NCBI GenBank assembly: GCA_018646625.1
Contig: JABGUJ010000004.1
Span: 1-64,000, forward strand
Origin: Candidatus Woesearchaeota archaeon
GTDB taxonomy: Archaea; Nanobdellota; Nanobdellia; Woesearchaeales; JABGUJ01
Reading direction: 5' to 3'
Length of the DNA: 64,000 bases
Under the pieces are notes generated by a model, which worked only from the letters and a program-made list of their open reading frames with translations, had not been told where the DNA came from and searched no databases. Of the stretch, positions 8,970 through 19,095 are shown in pieces; the stretch's first letter is position 1; each line of letters starts with the position of its first letter. Position numbers and translations under genes: made by a program.

Positions 8970-10085
8970 ATGATATCCGAAATATCCTCTGTGGAACTTC
9001 ACTACTTGATTAACGAATTACAGTTCTTGGTAGATGCCAAAGTAGACCAGATATATCAGCCAGAGAAAGAGGAACTAATCTTGCAGTTTCACAAAACAGG
9101 CAAAGGTAAAGTAATCTTGAGAATAATAAGAGGAAAATATCTTTACTTGACAGAACACAAAGGAGTTAATCCTGAAAGACCGCCCGGCTATTGTACATAT
9201 TTGAGAAAAAAGATCAAAGGTATGCGGTTAAGGGAAATTAAACAAATCGGAACTGAACGAATCGTAGAACTTCTCTTTGAATCTAGGGAAGAAAAATATA
9301 AACTAATCCTAGAATTCTTCAACAAAGGAAATATCATACTAATGACTGAAGAAAATCTAATTTTGTCTCCATTAGAACTTCAGAGATGGGCTGATAGAAC
9401 GATTAGACCTAAAGTGGATTACGTGTTTGATGAGCGAATAAACCTCAAAACACTAACAACTAAACAAACAAAAACAATTATGAAAGAATCTAAACAAGAA
9501 TCATTAGTAAAGTGTTTGGCGACTGATTTTGGATTGGGCGGAACGTGGGCGGAAGAGGTTTGTTTAATATCTAGCATAGATAAGACAATAAAACCTGGCG
9601 ATGCAGACGAGGTTGAATTAACTAAAGCTATACAACTCTTATTAGGTCAAGAACTAAAGCCTAACATAGTTAGAAAAGGAGAGAAAGTAATTGATATTCT
9701 TCCTATTGATCTGAAACAACACGACAAGGATGAAAAAGAATTCAAAGCAACATTTAACGAAGCCCTAGATTCAATATTAACAGATATTAAAATTGAAAGA
9801 GCTGAGAAAGAAGCACATAAAGAATCTACAAAAGGACTATCCAAAGTACAAAAGATTATAGACTCTCAAAACAAGATAATTAAGCAACTAAATAAATCCA
9901 TTACTGAAAATCAAGAGAAGGGAGAACTAATCTACAATAACTACAAACAAATTGATGACATTCTTAATCAAATACTAAAAGCTAGAGAAACTATGTCTTG
10001 GAAAGAGATTAAAGAAAAGTTGAAAGATCATAAAATCATTAAGAACATTGACGAGAAACACGGCAAGATTTCTATCGAGATTTAA
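8970..10085 (+). CDS. Rqc2/NEMF/FbpA (NFACT) family protein, N-terminal portion only
   Basis: LRKKIKG.RL..IKQ...ERIV, LILEFF.KGNIIL, GLGG..AEEV HhH, then coiled coil GELIYNNY. Confidence 0.85.
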   Translation: MISEISSVELHYLINELQFLVDAKVDQIYQPEKEELILQFHKTGKGKVILRIIRGKYLYLTEHKGVNPERPPGYCTYLRKKIKGMRLREIKQIGTERIVELLFESREEKYKLILEFFNKGNIILMTEENLILSPLELQRWADRTIRPKVDYVFDERINLKTLTTKQTKTIMKESKQESLVKCLATDFGLGGTWAEEVCLISSIDKTIKPGDADEVELTKAIQLLLGQELKPNIVRKGEKVIDILPIDLKQHDKDEKEFKATFNEALDSILTDIKIERAEKEAHKESTKGLSKVQKIIDSQNKIIKQLNKSITENQEKGELIYNNYKQIDDILNQILKARETMSWKEIKEKLKDHKIIKNIDEKHGKISIEI

Positions 10086-11086
10086 TCAAGAGCACCTTCT
10101 GCTAATGCGGGGTACTTAAATGTGTCAAATATTAGCAGTGAATCATATTCTTTAACATTCTCTGTGAAGTTATTTCTAAAATCCATCAACAAACTTTGTA
10201 TCTCTCTCATATCATTTGCATAAACCGTCAAACCAAGATTCCATTTTCCCATTATTTTAACAGACGCGGTCGCATTTTTGTGGTTTGCAATATAACTCTC
10301 CAACGCTTTCTCTTTCTCCTCTGACATATTAACCATCTTAAACAAGAACACACACCACAGCTTCCCTAGTTTTGGTCCATCTATTGCGGTTGTATAGTGC
10401 ATTATTACTCCCGACTGTTCTAATCTTTTAATCTTATACTTAACTCCTTCGGGGGTCATGTTGACAGACGATGCAATCTCCACAAGACGAGTACGGCAAT
10501 TCTTTCCCAATATGGATATTATTTTTCTATCTTGGCTATCTAGTTTAACTGGAGAATGCGAACTGCTGTCAACACGAAACAAAAACTTATCTGGAATCTT
10601 GAAGCCTTTGATTTCTTTGAAAATTGAAGAAACCAAAAATTCCGGATGAACCTTAAATTTCTTAATCAAAGGACAAATTTCATAATCTTGTATTTTATTG
10701 CCGAACTCCTTTTCCAACAACAACATAAGAGAATTCAAGTGTTCATTATCTCTGGCAAGAATTGAAATGCGCACATCATAATTTCCAAAAGTCGTTCCAA
10801 CCCATGTAACGAACCTATTTTCGCAAAGATGATTTACAATTTCTGCTAAACTTTCTTCATTCACATGAAACAATCTCAAGTAGATATCGTATTCCTTAAT
10901 TCCTAAGAGTCTATAATTTATTCCGGTTTTGAATCCTTTAATTATTCCTGATTTCTCTAGTTTATCTAATCTATATGCTACAACATCTCTTGATAGCTTT
11001 GTAAGCTTTGCAAGCTCCGCTATGTTTAGTCTTGCATTCTTACTAAGAAGAAATAAGAGCTTCTTATCCTTAATATCTAGCTTCAT
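10082..11086 (-). CDS. Tandem-duplicated Lrp/AsnC family transcriptional regulator
   Basis: Two HTH+RAM units (LDIKDKKLL..L..NAR and LDSQDRKII..L..NCR). The real start is likely MKLDIKD at 11086. Confidence 0.88.
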   Translation of the reverse strand: MKLDIKDKKLLFLLSKNARLNIAELAKLTKLSRDVVAYRLDKLEKSGIIKGFKTGINYRLLGIKEYDIYLRLFHVNEESLAEIVNHLCENRFVTWVGTTFGNYDVRISILARDNEHLNSLMLLLEKEFGNKIQDYEICPLIKKFKVHPEFLVSSIFKEIKGFKIPDKFLFRVDSSSHSPVKLDSQDRKIISILGKNCRTRLVEIASSVNMTPEGVKYKIKRLEQSGVIMHYTTAIDGPKLGKLWCVFLFKMVNMSEEKEKALESYIANHKNATASVKIMGKWNLGLTVYANDMREIQSLLMDFRNNFTENVKEYDSLLIFDTFKYPALAEGALD

Positions 11087-11192
11087 AATGCTTGAAAAAC
11101 TGACTGAATATATAAATATTTTTGTTTTTAAGGAAAATTCAACCAATTTATTTATATAATTCAACAACAAATCAATGCCTGGTGATAATAGC

Positions 11193-12134
11193 ATGGCTAA
11201 ATATTGTATAACTGGAGGAGCAGGATTTCTTGGATCGAACTTGGTTGAAGAACTTCTAAAAAGAAAACACGAAGTCGTTGTAATAGATAACTTGGCAACA
11301 GGCCGAATGTGCAACTTAAAACCCTTTCTTGACAAAATAACATTTGTACAAGGAAGCATCATAGATCTTAAACTTCTCAAGGAAACTTTCAAAGGAGTCG
11401 ATTATGTTTTACACCAAGCAGCCATACCTTCTGTACAAAAATCTGTGGAGAATCCTCAAGATTCTTTTAATGTAAATGCAACGGGCACATTAAATGTACT
11501 AATAGCTGCAAGAGACAACAACGTGAAAAAAGTTGTTTATGCTGCTTCATCTTCTGCTTATGGTGACAGAGAAGGAAAGTATAAAGTTGAAACAATGATG
11601 CCTCTGCCAATGTCTCCTTATGCTGCTGCAAAAGTTGCATCTGAACATCTTTGTCAATCTTTTGCGCAAGTTTATGGGTTGCCAACAGTTTGCTTAAGAT
11701 ATTTTAATGTTTTCGGCCCAAGACAAGATCCAACATCTCATTATTCTGCCGTTATCCCTTTATTCATAAAAGCGGTTTTAGATGACAAACAACCAACAAT
11801 ATACGGTGATGGTTTGCAAAGTAGAGACTTTACTTTCATCGCAAATAATGTCGAAGCCAATATTTTGGCAGCAGAAAATCCAGATATTAAGATGGGTGAA
11901 ACAATCAACATCGCAACAGCTCAAGCAATAAACTTGATTGATTTACTAAAACTCATAAACAAAGAACTTGGCAAAGATGTTCAACCAATATTTGAAGAAG
12001 AGCGTGCAGGTGACATAAAACATTCTCTTGCAGACATCAACAAAGCAAAAGAATTACTAAACTATGATGTTTTAGTTAATTTTGAAGATGGTTTAAAGAA
12101 AACAATAAGGTGGTATGCAGATGGCAACGAATAG
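11193..12134 (+). CDS. UDP-hexose/HexNAc 4-epimerase (WbpP-like SDR)
   Basis: TGGAGFLG, HQAAIPSV, YAAAK, RYFNVFGPRQDP. Confidence 0.9.
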   Translation: MAKYCITGGAGFLGSNLVEELLKRKHEVVVIDNLATGRMCNLKPFLDKITFVQGSIIDLKLLKETFKGVDYVLHQAAIPSVQKSVENPQDSFNVNATGTLNVLIAARDNNVKKVVYAASSSAYGDREGKYKVETMMPLPMSPYAAAKVASEHLCQSFAQVYGLPTVCLRYFNVFGPRQDPTSHYSAVIPLFIKAVLDDKQPTIYGDGLQSRDFTFIANNVEANILAAENPDIKMGETINIATAQAINLIDLLKLINKELGKDVQPIFEEERAGDIKHSLADINKAKELLNYDVLVNFEDGLKKTIRWYADGNE

Positions 12135-13410
12135 AAAAATTTGTATTGTGGGTCTAGGATATGTAGGGCTGCCGTTAGCTGTGGCATTCGGAAGGAAAAC
12201 GAGAGTTATGGGTTTTGATATTAACGAAAAGAAAATCCAAGAACTAAAACAAGATCATGATTCTATGGGTGAAGTAGAGGAACAAGAACTAAAACAAACC
12301 GACATCACTTACACCGCGAATCCTGAGGATATAAGAAACACAGACTTCATTATTGTCGCAGTGCCAACACCTATTGATGCACATAATAAACCTGATTTAA
12401 CTCCAATGATAAAGGCGTCAGAAACTATTGCGAAAAACTTAGCAAAAGGCTCAATTGTTGTATTTGAAAGCACGGTTTATCCTGGAGTGACGGAAGAGAT
12501 TTGCGTTCCTGTTTTAGAGAAACATTCAAATTTGAAATGTGGCGACGATTTTAAGGTTGGGTATTCTCCTGAAAGAATAAATCCTGGGGATAAAGAACAC
12601 ACTATTGATAAGATAATAAAAATTGTCTCCGGCCAAGATGAAGAAACGCTCAACATTGTTGCGGATGTATATGAAACAATAGTAACTGCGGGAGTTCACA
12701 AAGCACCTAACATTAAGACTGCAGAGGCTGCAAAAGTAATCGAGAATATTCAAAGAGATTTAAACATCGGTTTAGTAAACGAGCTTGCATTAATATTCCA
12801 AAAAGTTGGCATTAGCACATTTGATGTGATTGAAGCTGCATCAACAAAATGGAATTTTCACAAGTATAAACCTGGTTTAGTTGGCGGACACTGTATTGGT
12901 GTAGATCCTTATTATCTTGTTTACAAAGCAGAAGAACTTGGCTATCATCCACAAATAATTACTGCGGGAAGGTCAATAAATGATAATATGCATAAAAATG
13001 TTGCAGAGCTAATAATTAAAGGATTAATTAAAGCAGGTAAGGCTGTAAAAAACTCAAAAATATTAATATTGGGCTTAACATTTAAAGAGAATATAACTGA
13101 TCCTAGAAATTCTAGAGCTAAACAACTTATTGAAGAGCTGAAAGATTATGAGGTAGATATTGTTGCGTGTGATCCTTGGCTAAATGATGAATTGGTGATG
13201 AAAGAGTTCAAAGTAGAAAACATCCCTTTCGAACGCATAAAGAAAGATATTGATGGTATTATATTGGTCACCGCACACGATGAGTTTAAAGAGATATCAT
13301 TAGAACAGTTAAAAGAAGTATGCGTAAGCGATCCTGTACTTGTGGATATTAAAGGTTTATATGACCGAAAAAACGCGAGAGATCTAGGGTTTTCATATGC
13401 TTCCTATTAA
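12115..13410 (+). CDS. UDP-N-acetylhexosamine 6-dehydrogenase (WbpO/TviB-like)
   Basis: GLGYVGLP, ESTVYPG, SPERINPGD, GGHCIGVDP. Confidence 0.92.
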   Translation: MQMATNRKICIVGLGYVGLPLAVAFGRKTRVMGFDINEKKIQELKQDHDSMGEVEEQELKQTDITYTANPEDIRNTDFIIVAVPTPIDAHNKPDLTPMIKASETIAKNLAKGSIVVFESTVYPGVTEEICVPVLEKHSNLKCGDDFKVGYSPERINPGDKEHTIDKIIKIVSGQDEETLNIVADVYETIVTAGVHKAPNIKTAEAAKVIENIQRDLNIGLVNELALIFQKVGISTFDVIEAASTKWNFHKYKPGLVGGHCIGVDPYYLVYKAEELGYHPQIITAGRSINDNMHKNVAELIIKGLIKAGKAVKNSKILILGLTFKENITDPRNSRAKQLIEELKDYEVDIVACDPWLNDELVMKEFKVENIPFERIKKDIDGIILVTAHDEFKEISLEQLKEVCVSDPVLVDIKGLYDRKNARDLGFSYASY

Positions 13411-13451
13411 ACAACAATCTTTATAAATTCTGATCCTTAGAAGAAATTAAA

Positions 13452-14438
13452 ATGAAGATTCTAGTAACTGGAGGCGCGGGATATATAGGGAGTCATGCTG
13501 TTAGGAGATTAGTAACTGCGGGTTTCGAAGTCGTTGTTATAGATAATTTATCTAAGGGCCACAAGGTTGCTCTTCCTTCTGAATGTAAATTATATGTAGA
13601 AGACTTGAAAAATCAAGAAAAGATTTATGATATTCTGAGCATAGAAAAAGTTGATGCAGTAATGCACTTTTCTGCTTCCATTGAAGTTGGTGAATCTATG
13701 AAGGACCCCATTCATTTTTATGAAAACAATGTCCGAAATACAATTAATTTACTTCTTGCAATGACTCGAGCAGGAGTTAATAAAATTATTTTCTCATCTA
13801 CTGCCGCAGTTTTTGGTGATCCTGAAGAAGTTCCTATGAAGGAAGATTCTAAAAAAGCACCGACAAACGTTTATGGCCGAACAAAATTAATGATGGAAAC
13901 CATTATTAAAGATTTGGCGAGCGTAGGTAACCTTAATTATGGTATTTTAAGATACTTCAATGCTGCTGGTGCAGATGATAGTGGGGACATAGGTGAAGAT
14001 CATGATCCTGAAACACATTTAATTCCGTTAATACTACAAGTTCCCCTAAAGCAAAGGGATAAGATATTTGTATTTGGACGAGACTATCCAACTAAAGATG
14101 GGACTTGCATACGAGATTACATCCATGTAAATGATCTGGCGGATGCACATATTCTGGTACTGGAGAAGATACTGGATGCTAAAGTTAACTGTGAATATAA
14201 TTTGGGTTCTGGCAACGGATATTCCGTGAACGAAGTAATTGCGATGTGTGAAGAAGTAGTTGGTATGCCTATCAATACTGAAGAGGCTCCTAGAAGGGCA
14301 GGGGATGCTCCAATTCTTGTTGCTGATCCTTCGTTACTAAAAAAAGAATTAGGTTGGGAACAAAAATACAATTTAAGAAAAATAATATCTTCTTCTTGGA
14401 AATGGCATAAATCTCATCCTAGAGGATATAATATTTAG
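13452..14438 (+). CDS. galE: UDP-glucose 4-epimerase GalE
   Basis: TGGAGYIGSH, YGRTK, RYFNAAGA, DGTCIRDYIHV. Confidence 0.93.
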   Translation: MKILVTGGAGYIGSHAVRRLVTAGFEVVVIDNLSKGHKVALPSECKLYVEDLKNQEKIYDILSIEKVDAVMHFSASIEVGESMKDPIHFYENNVRNTINLLLAMTRAGVNKIIFSSTAAVFGDPEEVPMKEDSKKAPTNVYGRTKLMMETIIKDLASVGNLNYGILRYFNAAGADDSGDIGEDHDPETHLIPLILQVPLKQRDKIFVFGRDYPTKDGTCIRDYIHVNDLADAHILVLEKILDAKVNCEYNLGSGNGYSVNEVIAMCEEVVGMPINTEEAPRRAGDAPILVADPSLLKKELGWEQKYNLRKIISSSWKWHKSHPRGYNI

Positions 14439-14449
14439 AATTTAACAAG

Positions 14450-15310
14450 ATGAATTTTTTCCTAAATAGATACAAAGAGTTTGGGCAAACTATTGATCCC
14501 GAAGAATGTCAACTTAAAACTTCAATTAGAGTGAACAATCTTAAGATTGATGACAAAACCCTAGTAAAAAGATTAAAACAACGAAAGATAACGCTCGCCA
14601 AAATCCCTTGGCTAGATCATGGGTATTATTCTGAATCTGAATTCTCTGCGGGGTCAACACAAGAATATCTACAAGGATACTACTATGTTCAAGAAGCTGC
14701 TGCGCAAGTACCTGCAATGATTCTTAATCCTGATAAAGATGATGTTGTCTTAGACATGTGTGCCGCACCTGGAGGAAAGACATGTCAACTTGCACAGTAT
14801 ATGGATAATAAAGGAACTTTGATTGCATTAGATAATAACAAGCCAAGATTGGCATCTTTGAAGAACAACCTAGAACGATTGGGTATTGCTAATACATTAA
14901 TCTATAATCTTGATGCAAAATATATTGATTCTCTAGATGTAAAGTTTGACAAGATTTTGCTTGATGCGCCTTGCTCTGGAAACTTCTGTACAGACAGAAA
15001 TTGGTTTGGCAAGCGTACTATTGAAGGTGTTAAGCAAAAGGCTAAGCAGCAAAAAGACTTGCTTAAAGCGGCCGTATCTGCTCTAAAACCTGCAGGAGAG
15101 TTGGTTTATTCAACATGCTCGCTAGAACCTGAAGAGAACGAAGAAGTGATAGAATGGGCATTAGAGACTCTTGGTATAGAACTATTGCCCGTTGAATTAG
15201 ATGCAGGAAGTCCAGGATTGACGCAGAAAACCTCTAAATGCCTTCGTTTTTGGCCAAATAAGGATAAAACTGAAGGATTCTTTCTAGCAAAGCTTAAGAA
15301 ACTAGTATAG
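14450..15310 (+). CDS. NOL1/Nop2/Sun family RNA m5C methyltransferase
   Basis: DMCAAPGGKT, DAPCSG, YSTCS..PEENE. Confidence 0.93.
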   Translation: MNFFLNRYKEFGQTIDPEECQLKTSIRVNNLKIDDKTLVKRLKQRKITLAKIPWLDHGYYSESEFSAGSTQEYLQGYYYVQEAAAQVPAMILNPDKDDVVLDMCAAPGGKTCQLAQYMDNKGTLIALDNNKPRLASLKNNLERLGIANTLIYNLDAKYIDSLDVKFDKILLDAPCSGNFCTDRNWFGKRTIEGVKQKAKQQKDLLKAAVSALKPAGELVYSTCSLEPEENEEVIEWALETLGIELLPVELDAGSPGLTQKTSKCLRFWPNKDKTEGFFLAKLKKLV

Positions 15311-15328
15311 TGGAATTAAAAAAGAAAG

Positions 15329-15441
15329 GAACGGCTTCATGAGCTTCCCGCACATAAGTGCAGTACCACAGCACGACGCAGACCTGCTTGACTTCCGTGT
15401 TCGAAATGGGAACGGGTAGGACCAGGCCACTCTGGCCGTTC
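15329..15441 (-). rRNA. rrf: 5S rRNA (stand-alone)
   Basis: Minus strand GAACGGCCAGAG...CCCGTTCCCATTTCGAACACGGAAGTCAAG...GCCGTTC; complementary ends; upstream GAAAGTTATAAA promoter and downstream T-tract. Confidence 0.95.
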
Positions 15442-15545
15442 ACAGAGTCAGAGATTTAACAACTCATATTTATAACTTTCTTATCTGTATTATCTATATT
15501 CAACGAGCAATTTATAAATTGTATATTTAAGCATTATTTTAGTCA

Positions 15546-17096
15546 TTGAAAATGAAAAAAAAGAATAGAAATTTGAAAAGTCTGAAGGAGCTTACTCAGG
15601 CTGCAGGCGTTTTTCTCATTTTCTCAGTTGTGAGTTACTTTATTTTATTTTTCTTTAGACTTTTAGCTGCAAGATATTTCGGAGCTGAAGATTTTGGTTT
15701 ATTTTCTTTAGCGGAGACAATACTATTAGTTGTTGTTTTATTTGTTTCATTGGGAATTCCTAGCGGTATTGCAAGGTATATTCCTCATTATTTGTACAAA
15801 AAGGAATTAGGAAAACTGAAAGGTTATTTGTATTTTATAGTATCAATTCCTCTTATTTTTTCTTTTATTGTTGCATTTTTTATCTGGATTTATTCTAAAC
15901 AGATCACTATATTCTTGGGTTACCCTGTCATATTTGAGACTATACTGAAGATCATCGCAATCGCGTTGCCTTTCAAAATAATCATGAGTTTGCTAAGAAA
16001 GATTTTTGTGGCTAGAAAATTAGTAATATATAAGCTCATATCTTACAGCGTGGTTGAAGTAGGTTTTCTCTTTCTTAGTATTCTAGTAATTATGTTTTTC
16101 AAACTATCTATACTCTGGCTTATAGTGGCCATGTTATTTTCTATTTTGTTAACGACGGCCTATTGTGGTTATGAGTATAAAATCAGGGTAAAATGGAACT
16201 TGCCTGCTAAGAGAAAATATGAACTCAAATCCTGGTTATACTTTTCTCTTCCATTACTTTTCTCAGGGATTTTTGCTTATTTTGTTAGATGGTCTGATAA
16301 CTTAATGATTGGTAAGTTTATGGACCCAACCGACTTAGGCATATACAGTGTAGCATTTTCTCTAGCGGCATTCTTAACATTTTTTCAACAATCCTTTTCA
16401 CTTCTTTTTATTCCTTTGATTTCAGAAGCAAAGGCCAAAAAGAAAGACGATGAGATTTCTTTTCTTTTTAAGAAGTCTGCGGCATGGATCTTTGGTTTGA
16501 GTTTTCCTATCTTTCTAGTTATGGTTGTATTTTCTAAACAGATACTAAATTTGCTATATGGTGCCGATTATGTTGGTGGGGCATTACCATTAATTATAAT
16601 TGCGTTTGGTATGCTGATAAATCTAGGGACTGGGTTAGGTAGCAAAATACTAATACTTCATAAAAAAACAATGTATTTGTTTTTGATTAATTGCTTCTTT
16701 GCACTGTTTAACATTGCTTTGAACATTATATTAATACCAATTATGGGTATTGTGGGTGCTGCGATAGCTAGCGCTACTACTCTGGCTCTGATAAATCTTT
16801 CATTTTTATGGGTGGCGAGAAGATATGAGAAACTTAACCTAGATCTAGTATCTAATTTTAAATTTATAATTGCAGGTATAGTTTCTGTTTTTCTGGCTAG
16901 TAGATTGTCATTATTGCCCATTAACGAAATAGTTCTTCTATTTTTATCGGGAGTGTCTTACGTTGTCTTATATTTGATTTTGCTATTGATGTTCAGAACT
17001 TTTAAAAAGGAAGATTTTCAAATGCTACTCTGGATGGAAAAGAAGTTTAAGATAAATCTGGATCCCCTGAAAAAGATAGTTAAGAAGTTCTATTGA
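15546..17096 (+). CDS. Wzx-type (MOP) oligosaccharide flippase
   Basis: Many TM helices; ARYFGAEDFG, D.LMIG.F....DLGIY, LIP.MGIVGAA. Confidence 0.9.
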   Translation: MKMKKKNRNLKSLKELTQAAGVFLIFSVVSYFILFFFRLLAARYFGAEDFGLFSLAETILLVVVLFVSLGIPSGIARYIPHYLYKKELGKLKGYLYFIVSIPLIFSFIVAFFIWIYSKQITIFLGYPVIFETILKIIAIALPFKIIMSLLRKIFVARKLVIYKLISYSVVEVGFLFLSILVIMFFKLSILWLIVAMLFSILLTTAYCGYEYKIRVKWNLPAKRKYELKSWLYFSLPLLFSGIFAYFVRWSDNLMIGKFMDPTDLGIYSVAFSLAAFLTFFQQSFSLLFIPLISEAKAKKKDDEISFLFKKSAAWIFGLSFPIFLVMVVFSKQILNLLYGADYVGGALPLIIIAFGMLINLGTGLGSKILILHKKTMYLFLINCFFALFNIALNIILIPIMGIVGAAIASATTLALINLSFLWVARRYEKLNLDLVSNFKFIIAGIVSVFLASRLSLLPINEIVLLFLSGVSYVVLYLILLLMFRTFKKEDFQMLLWMEKKFKINLDPLKKIVKKFY

Positions 17097-17121
17097 ACAC
17101 AAAATTCTTAGAAAAAATAAA

Positions 17122-18429
17122 TTAGTTGTAATGTTCTGGATTATTCTTCTTAGCAATTACCCTCATAACTTCTCTAAACACTCCATCGATACTGTCGGTT
17201 CTGATTGGGTGTCCTCCAAATTTGGCTACCTGCTTTCTAAATATATCTTGATCTCTCTTAAGCTCGTCAGGAGTTAAATGATCTTGCTTTCTTGCATATA
17301 TTTTTTTAGGATCATTATGAAGAAAAAAGAGTATGTCGGGTTTCATGTATAGGTAATCAGTAAAAAGCATCATAGGTTTAAACCATTTTTTCTGAACTTT
17401 GATATCCCAAATGTATCTATCAGTTAAAAGATAATTATATTTAAACTTTTTAGGTATTAATTTTGTAAACAACATACAATAATAACGGAATATATACATA
17501 ACATCTCTTGGAACAATCTTGATCTTATTCAACAGTCTGCCGGAAAAGCTTTTTCTTCTGATAAGAGACTTACTTCCTTTACAGACTTTCTTAATCACTT
17601 TGATATTTACCCATCGACCCATATAGACTTTAACACACTTTTTGTTCTTTTTTAGAGCGTTATACGTGGCATCGACGATCGTAGTTTTCCCACTACCATC
17701 TACTCCTATGAATGTTATTAGTTGATGAGGTCGAGAGAATCTTTTATACACTGTTTTATAAAAAACGTGTCCGAGTATATGGAAGACAAAAGATGGATGT
17801 TTAATCAGTGCAGCAAAGGTCCACCATCTTCTTAGTTCGGCGATCTTTCCAAAAGAACCTTTTTCAATCAGTTTAACCATTTTATTAGATTTTCTACCAA
17901 GAATCTCTTTGCTTCTATTACAAAAGTAATCTTTAGCATCATTGTTCTTCCAGAGATCTTTAACTTCAGATATTTTGTATTCAGAATAAGTTTTCCCCCC
18001 CAGTATTCCGTGTAGGAATAGATCTTTGTAAATCATTATCAGAAGCTGATGGCGCGGATCCATAACATAAATCCCATTTATTTTAACTCTAGCTGAGAAC
18101 ATATCCTTTGTATCAATATATCTTGATCTTTCAAAGCGATCTATCTGAACATCAAAAATAGGATACTCTGGGTTCAAATAATTAAAGTAAGTGATTTTTC
18201 TTGTTCGCTTTAATATTTTATTAAGAGTGATGTACCCATGTCGGTAGAGTAATTTACTCAACTTTTTAATATCAGTTCTAGGCACCACTAAATCAATATC
18301 GTCATTCTTTTTACGCTTTCCTGGAAGAACAATATCAAAGAGGTACTCTTTACTTCTAGGATATATGTACTTAACGTCTTTGTTCAATTCTTTGAATATC
18401 TTGGAAATTTTTGTATTGAGATCATTCAT
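17122..18429 (-). CDS. Fusion of a nucleotidyltransferase-like N-terminal domain and a thymidylate-kinase-like P-loop domain
   Basis: DDIDLVV (Pol-beta-type DxD) plus FDVQ; C-terminal GVDGSGKTT, DRYIWD, PD..FFL. Confidence 0.75.
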   Translation of the reverse strand: MNDLNTKISKIFKELNKDVKYIYPRSKEYLFDIVLPGKRKKNDDIDLVVPRTDIKKLSKLLYRHGYITLNKILKRTRKITYFNYLNPEYPIFDVQIDRFERSRYIDTKDMFSARVKINGIYVMDPRHQLLIMIYKDLFLHGILGGKTYSEYKISEVKDLWKNNDAKDYFCNRSKEILGRKSNKMVKLIEKGSFGKIAELRRWWTFAALIKHPSFVFHILGHVFYKTVYKRFSRPHQLITFIGVDGSGKTTIVDATYNALKKNKKCVKVYMGRWVNIKVIKKVCKGSKSLIRRKSFSGRLLNKIKIVPRDVMYIFRYYCMLFTKLIPKKFKYNYLLTDRYIWDIKVQKKWFKPMMLFTDYLYMKPDILFFLHNDPKKIYARKQDHLTPDELKRDQDIFRKQVAKFGGHPIRTDSIDGVFREVMRVIAKKNNPEHYN

Positions 18430-19073
18430 TTTAATCTTCTCACCAATTGGCTAATCTTCGCCTTTAAATCTTTATCTTTTGCAGATAAGATTAATTTTTC
18501 GAAGTCTTTTTCTCCATCTTTTATATCCTGCAACGGCTGGATTCCACCTATATCGATTAGGTAATATTTATTATTTTTCACAATAATATTACGGCAAGCA
18601 AAGTCACGGCAATGATATCCTTTCTTATGCAGTTCTCTTATGGTTTCTATGAGTTTGACAATGGCTTCTTTATTAAAGTTACTTATGTCTAATGATTCAG
18701 TGCCTTCAATATATTTATACATAACATAATCCTTTGTTGCCTTTATACACAAGTTGAATTCACCTAACAAATTGTTTTGGATAACGTGTTCAATATGCAT
18801 AAATCTTCTATTAAGAGGAATCGTCTGGTCAGGCTTTAGTGAGTTTATTACGTTCTGCCTGTGTTCGATAAGAAAATTACTTTTTTTTAAGAAATACATC
18901 CTATTATCGATCTTTATTAGATATTTGTTAAGCGATCCACTACCTTTATTGAATATACTGCATTCAGAATATTTAAATTTCAGAATCATACACTCTACTC
19001 TTCTTGATACACAAACTATTAAAAACGCAAGAAATTTTTTGTAGATACCAACAATCTTCTTTTTGAGACTCAT
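18426..19073 (-). CDS. Protein-kinase-fold enzyme (Kdo/RIO-like small kinase)
   Basis: YFLK, MYKYIEG, LHKKG.HCRDFACRNII...LIDIG. Confidence 0.7.
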   Translation of the reverse strand: MSLKKKIVGIYKKFLAFLIVCVSRRVECMILKFKYSECSIFNKGSGSLNKYLIKIDNRMYFLKKSNFLIEHRQNVINSLKPDQTIPLNRRFMHIEHVIQNNLLGEFNLCIKATKDYVMYKYIEGTESLDISNFNKEAIVKLIETIRELHKKGYHCRDFACRNIIVKNNKYYLIDIGGIQPLQDIKDGEKDFEKLILSAKDKDLKAKISQLVRRLK

Positions 19074-19095
19074 TTTTCACCGGCATAATCACGTA

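Noticed and set aside
11087..11392. N-terminal extension of the Lrp ORF
   Set aside because: Overlaps the divergent epimerase and its promoter; homology starts at 11086
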